Below are positions 15,384-23,400 of a stretch of 25,328 bases of DNA, piece after piece (position 1 is the first letter of the stretch; the number at the start of each line of letters is the position of its first letter). The position numbers were made by a program, and so were the translations under genes. This stretch comes from Thermoplasmata archaeon. GTDB taxonomy: Archaea > Thermoplasmatota > Penumbrarchaeia > Penumbrarchaeales > EX4484-36. The notes beneath the pieces were generated by a model. That model did not search any database. It saw only the letters and a program-made list of their open reading frames with translations, and had not been told where the DNA came from. The DNA is taken from positions 1 through 25,328 of the forward strand of contig JAGHBW010000223.1 in the NCBI GenBank assembly GCA_021160765.1, in the 5' to 3' direction.

Positions 15384-18300
15384 ATGAGAGAAACAAAGTA
15401 TGTGTGGGGCGTCTCAGAGGCTATGGGAACCATCCTTCTCTTGGTCTCCTCTACCATTGCTGGCGCAGCTATCCTTACCTTCGTAATGAACCATCCAGCT
15501 TCGGAATCCATAAGCGTGGAGAGATTCTACTCCGAAGTCGTTGTGTTGAATGAACCATACATAGCCATTACACACACCTCTGGAAAGCCCTTGGAACTAA
15601 ATCATATAACAGTTATTGTGTCTTCGGAAGGGTATCGGCAGATCTTCCCTGGAAGCGAGTGTCAGTATAACACGTCCGGTATTGGGGTATGGGATGGGGA
15701 CAACCTCTGGGAGATAGGAGAGTGCTTCTCCCACAATCTTACCTCTGTGCCTTCGGACATTGAAAAAATTGAGGTTAGGGTTGTTCTTGACGATTCTAGG
15801 GGAAGGAGAGTGGTATACTCCTACACAAACTCCCTGCTACCCCCAACTTTAACAAAACCCGACCTAGTGGTGGAGGATGTTTTTCTAGAAAGATACAACA
15901 GAAGAAGCTATCTACTTATTGAGGGAAGTGTAGCTGACATTAAAATTGTAGTTTCTAATAGGGGTGCTCAACCACTTCTCACAGCATATATCCAGCTCTT
16001 TCTTTACCTTGACGGGTCCTTGTTGGAGAAGATCCCAATTAAAAATTCCACTACATCTGGAGATGGAATACTGGGTTCGGTGCCTTATCAGCTTTCTCCG
16101 GGAGAGAGCATAACCTTCATTAAAAGAGGATTCTCCACAACAGTCCTGGGCTCCCACATAATACTGGCTAGGGTCCTTCCCGCATTGGGTGGGGAGGCAT
16201 ATCTTTTCAACAATGAAAACTACTTCCGGTTTAACGTTACCATTCAGCAATTCTTCAACCCCGGGGAGGGGCCCAATCCCGCTGTCTCTGTAGAAGACAT
16301 CTTCTTCAGCAACAGGTATCCCAAAAAGGGGGAGACCATAACAATCACCGTTTATGTTAAAAACCTAGGTCCCTCTCCCGTACTTCCATCTCATCACCTC
16401 CTTTTTGTTATGTCTCTTTACCCCATCAGAATGGTGAATCTTGGAGAAAACAGAAAAAGCCTTTACTGGACCGATGACATCCCGGAGGTCCCGGAGGGGG
16501 AAGACCCGCAGGATTGGGCGTCTACTCACGGGCAGGACCCCTATGGAAATGATACCACCTTTCCCACAGTTAAGATAAGAAACTTTGCTATTCCTGCTTC
16601 TGGAAGGATCGCATTTCAATTTCGGTGGTCTGCAGATATATTTCAGGGGAGTAACATCATACCTCTCTATTTTGCTGTAGACTGCAACCAGGCCAATTTC
16701 ACAGTTCAGCCAGTTGACCAGATAGGTACTCCCCCAGAGGAGGTTTATACCTTCCTGGACGGAGATAAGGACGAGGATAATCTGAACATTCTCAACATCC
16801 AGGTAACTCCTAAAATTTTAGTGGTTGACGATGACGGTGCTACTTCGGGTACAGAGGGGGATAGAACAACAGTCATCATAGAATCCTTATCCGGAGCAGG
16901 GATAACTCCCGACCTTGTTTTTGTCGCTTCTCAGGTTAGGTTGCTTGGAAGTGAGTCCCTTATCTGGGCACCCAAGTTTGATTATCCACAACCCACAGAG
17001 GTGGACGTTCCTGCTCTTCAGGAGTATGACGTGATTATATGGGTGGTTGGGAATAACCCCACACCTGTTTTGTACAATAATCTTCAGGATGTAAAAATGG
17101 CACTTGACAACTACCAAAACGTTTGGATTATTGGAAGGGGAGTTCTGCCCAACTTCTTTACTTCAGAATCTTACGTGGACCTCTCTACATATACTCCTCC
17201 AGATGAGAAAAGCGCACTTATGAGAACCTTACTATACGATTATACGTACTTAAAGGATTTATTCCTGCTTACACCCCCCGTAGCGCACTACTACGGGGTG
17301 GAGGGAGATAACGTTACTGACCTCCCCCTCTCCGGCATAATGACTCTCAACGTTTCCGCAGAGGGGGAAACCTTTACTGAGGTAAAGTATAGAGAGGGGG
17401 ACGAGATTCCTGAAGGTGCACTTTTGGCAGGTAGAGTGTCAAAAGATCCTATAATTGGGCCTGATACTGCCTTTGTTGAAACTGGGGTAGAAACAGACGC
17501 CTACAGGATCCTATGGAGCTTCTTTGACCTCACAACAGTTATTTACCTTAATGAGAGAATAAACCTGGTGGCTAGCGTCCTTAAATGGTTTGGCTGGGAG
17601 ATTGAGATTGGAGATGACCTTGCAATAGTAAGGATGGAAATGATCCTCCCAGAAGGGGTTGAGACTCCAAAGTATATGGACGACATACTTCTGAGGGTGT
17701 GGGTAAGAAACAACGGACCCACTGCGGTATCAACCACCGTTTGCTTCTATGTTATCGGTGAAGACAACCTAGAGAGAAGAATTCCTTCTAGATTCCCTGA
17801 CGGTATTGACAACCCGCAAGACATAATAAACATACCTGGTAGAGGAGGACAGGTTATATGTGAAAAGACGTGGCGCGCCACCTTGGAAGGTACGGTTACT
17901 TTCAGAGTTGTTGTAGACCCGTTCCATGTGATTCAGGAGATCAATGAGAAGAACAATGACATATCGTATTCACCCACCACAGTAACCTCTCTTGTAATAG
18001 AAAAGAGAATACTACTGGTGGATGATGATGAGAGTTATGACCCCACAAATCTGCCATATTCAAATTGGGACGTCGTTGAAGGAACTATCCCTCCCCCTGT
18101 ATATCAAATGGAGGATATAGCGCATCTAATAGCAGAAGAACTTGACAGATACAACTATGCGTATGACATATACACTGTTAAAAATGTCTACAAAAGTGGA
18201 AAGTTTTATTTCAGCGAGGGGCCCTCAATTGACGTTCTAATGAGGTACACCTCCGTTATCTGGGTCCTTCCGGAAAATGATTTGTCCCCTCCGCTTGTTG

Positions 18301-19868
18301 AAACTCTTGTCTCCAATGACACCTCGTATATAACTCAGTATCTAACTAAGTCCTACGAGGAAAGTGCGTATATATCCAACATTACTCCGAAAATAGTTAT
18401 AATATCTGGCTCAATGCTAACTGATCTTGGTATAAATGAGGGGGTAATCTCTAATCCCTTCCTCAAAGAGCATCTTGCAATTGATAGTTTTTTGGGAAGA
18501 AAAGAGTTCTCATCCATCTCCGGCTCTGTGGATGATGACTACAGATTACCTTTTCACGGATTGAGTGGTTCTTTCTGGAGGGGGGTGATGGGTGAGGCAA
18601 TTAATCCTAGAGAGGAGAACCCATATTTAACAGGAGAATCTGCTGAGGATGTGGAAGTTACCCTCACGGGGGTGTCTAATGAACAGGAGTTCCCCGTTGG
18701 TATTTACCACTATTCCGGATACTATGGGTATTTGGCTGAAACAATAACACTCCCATTTCAATTGGAAACCAATTCCTCACAGGAAGTTGTGGAGATGTTC
18801 TTCGGGTTATTTAGGGACCTTGGTCTCCTTTCCAATAAACCGGACATGGTGGCTAGAACCGTTGATATAAATGTATCGGAAGAGATTCACCAATTGGGTG
18901 ACTCCTACCTGGTAAAGGGTATCGTGGCAAATCTAGGTGGTGTGGGTGGTTCCTGTGTTGTGAGGATTTACGACGGAAATCTTACATTGAAAACAGATAA
19001 CCTATACCTCCCCCCGGGGGGTGTCGCAACGCTGGAGGTTCTCTGGATCCCCACCTTAGCCGGTATGAGACATATCAGCATACGAATGGATTACTACAAC
19101 GATCTGGATGAAACCTTTGAAGAAAACAACAACCCCTGGGTCATAATACCCGTATATTTCTTCTATGATGATTTAGAGGGGGGAACTACCACTGGTTGGG
19201 AGCATGAATCTACCATTGTAAGAATCAACGGCGAAAATGCACTTGAGTTTTTAGATGAAACACAAAAACAGTACACTAAAATTGTAAAAGATTGGTCGGA
19301 GATAGGCGGCTTTGTAAATACCACAGAGGAGGCGCATTCAGCGCCGTTATCCTTCTGGTCTGGAAGAGAGCCCCCTCCACCTGAGGGGGGTACAAGGGCC
19401 CCTGATGTTGTGGGAGAGAATGATAGGTACCTCATAACAGAAGAGTTCTCGTTAAAAGGTGCTTTAACCGCCAAACTGACCTATTACCAGAAATATCAGA
19501 TGGATACGGCTGGGAATGGTGGAGTGATACTCGTAGGCACCTCTGCGGATGGTGTGTCGTGGAAATATCGTTATGTCATACCAATGGGACAATATAGTGG
19601 GAACATAAACCTAAGCAGCTATAGATATGATGACTATGGAAGAAGAGTACTCTGGGCTTACAACGGTGTGTCCGCTGGTGGAAGATATGACTGGGAGAAG
19701 GTGTCGGTAGACCTTACCAAATTTGTTGGGATAGAACATGTTAAGATCATGTTTCTTTATATTTCTGTCACGTGGGGAAATGGGGAAGGTTGGTTTATTG
19801 ATGACGTTGAAGTAAAGGTAAGCCGTAAAGATTCCAAAATTCCACTAACCGATGACGCCGATCAATGA
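15384..19868 (+). CDS. Giant type IV pilin-like surface protein, copy 1: class III signal/pilin N-terminal domain, CARDB repeats, two alpha/beta LVDDD domains, jelly-roll domain; ends at a probably premature TGA
   Basis: N-terminus G|VSEAMGTILLLVSSTIAGAAILTFV; CARDB motifs PDLVVEDV...SNRG, DLAI...VWVRNNG...VVDPFHVIQEINEKNND and YYNDLDETFEENNN; KILVVDDDG and RILLVDDDE; FYDDLEGG...GWFIDDVEV. Collinear with the ORF starting at 20459. Confidence 0.85.
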   Translation: MRETKYVWGVSEAMGTILLLVSSTIAGAAILTFVMNHPASESISVERFYSEVVVLNEPYIAITHTSGKPLELNHITVIVSSEGYRQIFPGSECQYNTSGIGVWDGDNLWEIGECFSHNLTSVPSDIEKIEVRVVLDDSRGRRVVYSYTNSLLPPTLTKPDLVVEDVFLERYNRRSYLLIEGSVADIKIVVSNRGAQPLLTAYIQLFLYLDGSLLEKIPIKNSTTSGDGILGSVPYQLSPGESITFIKRGFSTTVLGSHIILARVLPALGGEAYLFNNENYFRFNVTIQQFFNPGEGPNPAVSVEDIFFSNRYPKKGETITITVYVKNLGPSPVLPSHHLLFVMSLYPIRMVNLGENRKSLYWTDDIPEVPEGEDPQDWASTHGQDPYGNDTTFPTVKIRNFAIPASGRIAFQFRWSADIFQGSNIIPLYFAVDCNQANFTVQPVDQIGTPPEEVYTFLDGDKDEDNLNILNIQVTPKILVVDDDGATSGTEGDRTTVIIESLSGAGITPDLVFVASQVRLLGSESLIWAPKFDYPQPTEVDVPALQEYDVIIWVVGNNPTPVLYNNLQDVKMALDNYQNVWIIGRGVLPNFFTSESYVDLSTYTPPDEKSALMRTLLYDYTYLKDLFLLTPPVAHYYGVEGDNVTDLPLSGIMTLNVSAEGETFTEVKYREGDEIPEGALLAGRVSKDPIIGPDTAFVETGVETDAYRILWSFFDLTTVIYLNERINLVASVLKWFGWEIEIGDDLAIVRMEMILPEGVETPKYMDDILLRVWVRNNGPTAVSTTVCFYVIGEDNLERRIPSRFPDGIDNPQDIINIPGRGGQVICEKTWRATLEGTVTFRVVVDPFHVIQEINEKNNDISYSPTTVTSLVIEKRILLVDDDESYDPTNLPYSNWDVVEGTIPPPVYQMEDIAHLIAEELDRYNYAYDIYTVKNVYKSGKFYFSEGPSIDVLMRYTSVIWVLPENDLSPPLVETLVSNDTSYITQYLTKSYEESAYISNITPKIVIISGSMLTDLGINEGVISNPFLKEHLAIDSFLGRKEFSSISGSVDDDYRLPFHGLSGSFWRGVMGEAINPREENPYLTGESAEDVEVTLTGVSNEQEFPVGIYHYSGYYGYLAETITLPFQLETNSSQEVVEMFFGLFRDLGLLSNKPDMVARTVDINVSEEIHQLGDSYLVKGIVANLGGVGGSCVVRIYDGNLTLKTDNLYLPPGGVATLEVLWIPTLAGMRHISIRMDYYNDLDETFEENNNPWVIIPVYFFYDDLEGGTTTGWEHESTIVRINGENALEFLDETQKQYTKIVKDWSEIGGFVNTTEEAHSAPLSFWSGREPPPPEGGTRAPDVVGENDRYLITEEFSLKGALTAKLTYYQKYQMDTAGNGGVILVGTSADGVSWKYRYVIPMGQYSGNINLSSYRYDDYGRRVLWAYNGVSAGGRYDWEKVSVDLTKFVGIEHVKIMFLYISVTWGNGEGWFIDDVEVKVSRKDSKIPLTDDADQ

Positions 19869-20435
19869 TACCTTGCAGAGGATTCGTCTATAGCGCATTC
19901 TGGAAGCCACTTTTGGTATTTCGGTGATAGAACCTACGGCCTTAAACCCGGATTGGATTGTTCTCTTTATATGAGACCCGTTGACCTCACCAATGCCAGA
20001 TGGGCCAGGCTAACGTTCTACGTAAGGTTTAACATAAATGAAGATTCTGGTTTTCCCCCAGACTGCCTGAGGGTTGAAATATCTACTGACAACTGGAAAA
20101 CATGGAGAACGCTTCACAACGGCGCTAGGATCGGTTGGGGTGTCTCAGGTACAGAAGATGACTCTTCTGATGGGATTATTGATGGAAAGTCGTATACGGG
20201 CATTCCGGATGACAGCATGACGGCGGAGGAAGCTAACTACTGGGTAAATTCTGAAAGCCTCACAAGGTTCCACGGTGATCTAACAGCCTATCGTGGGAAG
20301 ACCATACAAATAAGATTCAGGGTTGTCACAAACGGCTACCCACTTGCGGGTATAAAGGAGTACGAGCATTATCAGGACCCGAGTATGTTTTACGGAATAT
20401 ATCTAGATGATATTGTAATTAGTGGGATATCATGA
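19869..20435 (+). pseudogene. In-frame C-terminal continuation (188 codons, second jelly-roll domain) of pilin-like copy 1, beyond a single TGA
   Basis: Same frame as 15384, and the frame is open from right after the TGA: YLAEDSSIAHSGSHFWYFG...LYMRPVDLTNARWARLTFY...VEISTDNWKTW...DLTAYRGKTIQIRFR...GIYLDDIVISGIS*. It repeats the preceding domain (EAHSAPLSFW, KLTYY, GTSADGVSW, DLTKFVG, GWFIDDVEV). The track's TTG start at 19953 lies inside the domain. Confidence 0.8.
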
Positions 20436-20458
20436 TCAATCAATAAAGGAGGGTGTGT

Positions 20459-23400
20459 ATGAATAGATATAGGGAGAGAGAAGGTGTGAGTGAGACCATG
20501 GGAACCGTCCTAATGGTTGGTATAGCAGTGATGCTGGTCTCCTCAGTGGCAATATATATGGCCGGGAACGTGAAAGAGGTGGAGAGCGTGTATGTCAGTC
20601 TCTCCTCCGGATATACAAAAAACGCCACCGGCAGCGTGATAATATTTATAGAGAACACCGCTGGGGACTCGTTGAGAACCTCACGAACCACCGTTATCAT
20701 AAAAAATGCTAGCGGTGTTGACGTCCCTGGTTCCCCATTCCTGGCCACAGATTGTGATAACAACATCACTGGAGTGGGGGTCTGGGACGGGAACGGGCTC
20801 TGGAGCCCCGGGGAGACGTGGAGCAAAGTTTTACCCTCCAATGTAATATTTCCTCTGCATGTAAAAGTGGTGTATGAGAAGACCACTGGGGAGAAGAGTG
20901 TTGTGTTCTCAGAAGTGCTGGAAGCCCCACCCGCAGCTCTTTTGCCAGACCTTGCAATAGAGGAGTTCTACTTTTTAAGATATGGTCAGCAGAGCGATGA
21001 GGTTCTAGTAGGAGAAACAATAGACCTAGTTGCCACTATTACAAACCTGGGCACCCAACCTGTTCCCGAGTCCAATATAACGGTTCAGTTCTACGACAGA
21101 GATAATTACGTGGGTGTGGGCTCCCCTCAGCCGTTTTCAAATGATACAACCCCCGGGGTTTTGGCCCCCCACGAGAGTATGTATTATATTCTTTCTGGAT
21201 GGTCTGTTCCCTACCCTCTTGGCATACACAGGATTTATGCTAGAATAACACCACTCCCCACAGGCGAGCTTTCCACAGCGAATAATTATCGTTTCAGGGA
21301 GCTGGATGTTTCCATCAGCATCGTCCCCACCAGACCATCTGGTCCCAACCCTGTTGTGACCTCCAAGGACATACAACTTTCCAAAGATTATCCAAAAACT
21401 GGTGATGAGGTCAGTGTAACACTTTTCATAAAGAACTTGGGAGATCAGCCCATTACATATGATGACGACCTAATGGTCGTGGTTAGTACAGAACCCATTA
21501 CAACAGAGGGGGGGGAGATATTCAACTGGCATGATGACATCCCTGCTCCCGAAGGGGAGGACTATGACAGCTTCAACCCGGGACCGATACCCCCCGATTT
21601 TATGCCTGGACACCCTGATAGAGTGGACGTCTGGAAAAAGGTGAAGTGGGCAGAGGCGCACGGCCAGGATATGGATGGGAACGATTACACCTTCCCCACA
21701 TGCAAGATAAGGCACCTCATAATCCCCGTTGCTGGTCAAATCTCCATTACTCTCACGTTCACCGCGAGAAGTTCAAATCCTGATAAGATTCTTACACTAT
21801 ATATCGCAGTGGATGCCAATCCATTGAACTATACCATACGCCCCCCAGATCTCTGGGACGAAAGTTTACCACCCCAGAGAATTGTTTTCTCTAGTGAGGA
21901 TGAAACAGTACTTCAGGGGGACGACCCCACAGACAATTATGCTTCTTTAGCCATTCAGGTCATACCAAGAATTCTGCTTGTAGACGATGACGAAGCTGAG
22001 ACGGGGAGTGAGAACGATGTGACCAGCCATGTAATAGAGTCCCTAACCGGTGCTGGTGTTCAAGTTGACAGGGTTTTCATTGCTCAGCAGATGACAGATG
22101 GTGGGATACTCAGGGATGTACCAGCATACGAATATGTAAACCCGGAAACCGTAGGTGCACCTCAGATGAAAGATTATGACATTGTAATATGGGTTACTGG
22201 AAAGGCTGAAAGTCCATTATCCAGTCATGCAGACTCTATTTATGGAGGGAACATAGAGGAAATGATGAAATTCATGGACCACGGGGGATACCTCTGGATT
22301 ATAGGTGAAAATGTACTTAAAGGGTTGAATGATGATTACATGGGCATCAGTCCGGATGGGGAGAACTTTTACAATCTCCCAGAGACCCTTCCAGAAAACT
22401 TATATGGAAATGAAAGAGATGATTCCGTTATCTTCGTCAAGAAATATTTGGGAATAACAAAATTCACTGTGGATTCGGATCTTCCCGGGGAGATATTCGG
22501 AGAGAGCGAGAGCAATCCGATCACAGGCTGGAGTGGGAACACCCCCTATTCTGTAGACATGGACGACGCTGCAGATGGAAGCGACAATTTCACTGAGCAG
22601 ACATATCCATTAGAGGACTCTTCCGACCCTCTTGGAATGCTTTTCACACAGGATGTTGAGGCCTCCTTAAAAGAGCCATATGGCGTGTATCACACCCATA
22701 CAATAGAAACCGGTACCGATATAGTGACATACCGTGTAGTGTATCTTCCCATTAGCCCGCTTCATATCCGATACCTAAACGAGAAAATTGGTGTTGCTGC
22801 AAGGATTATGAAATGGTTCAGCTGGGAGCTGAGAATAGGAAATGATCTGGCTATCTCAAAAATGGAGCTTGTTGTAGTGGAAGGCAGCATGCCTCCTAAG
22901 TTCATGGACACTGTTGAGGTTAGAGTATGGGTTAGGAATAATGGCCCAGATACACTCTCTACCTCCGTTGAGTTTTACGTGACTGGACCAGATGGGATAG
23001 AGAGGAGAATAACCCCTAATTTCCCCGATCCAGATGGGGACAACCCAAGAGACATCCTCAACCTTCCCGGGGGCGGGGGGGAGATCATGGTCACCAAGCA
23101 GTGGAAGGCTACCAGCGTAGGACTTCACACCTTCAGAGCAGTTGTTGATCCTTACCACATAATCCCAGAAATAAATGAGGAGAACAACGACATCACTTAT
23201 TCCACATCTACGGTGACTTCACTTGTGGCTCAAAACAATATACTTGTAGTTGATGATGATGGGTCCTGGAACGGCACGTATGGTCCAAATGGGGATGAGA
23301 ATTCCTATGACGAAGATAACCCAAACAACTGGAGATTTGAAGGTGGTGCAACAGAACCGCCAGCTTGGGCGCAGATACCAGACACCACAAGCTCCATAAC

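Noticed and set aside
16812-18030. ILxVDDD motifs read as response-regulator receiver domains
   Set aside because: They sit inside exported pilin-like proteins between CARDB domains, I could not identify the downstream phospho-acceptor Asp or conserved Lys pattern, and there is no kinase nearby.
19953-20435. Independent 160-aa gene starting at TTG
   Set aside because: It has no SD or signal peptide, begins mid-domain, and the frame is open back to the TGA at 19866. It is better explained as the tail of the upstream gene.
21508-21515. G8 tract (and similar C/G runs near 19010-19021 and 23069-23081) as phase-variation sites
   Set aside because: The runs are short and in frame, and comparable G/C runs occur in ordinary genes here (for example 2455-2461).
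21611-21622. HPDR tetrapeptide in pilin copy 2 matching the J-domain motif
   Set aside because: It lies in a Pro-rich extracellular loop without the J-domain helices and is probably coincidental.
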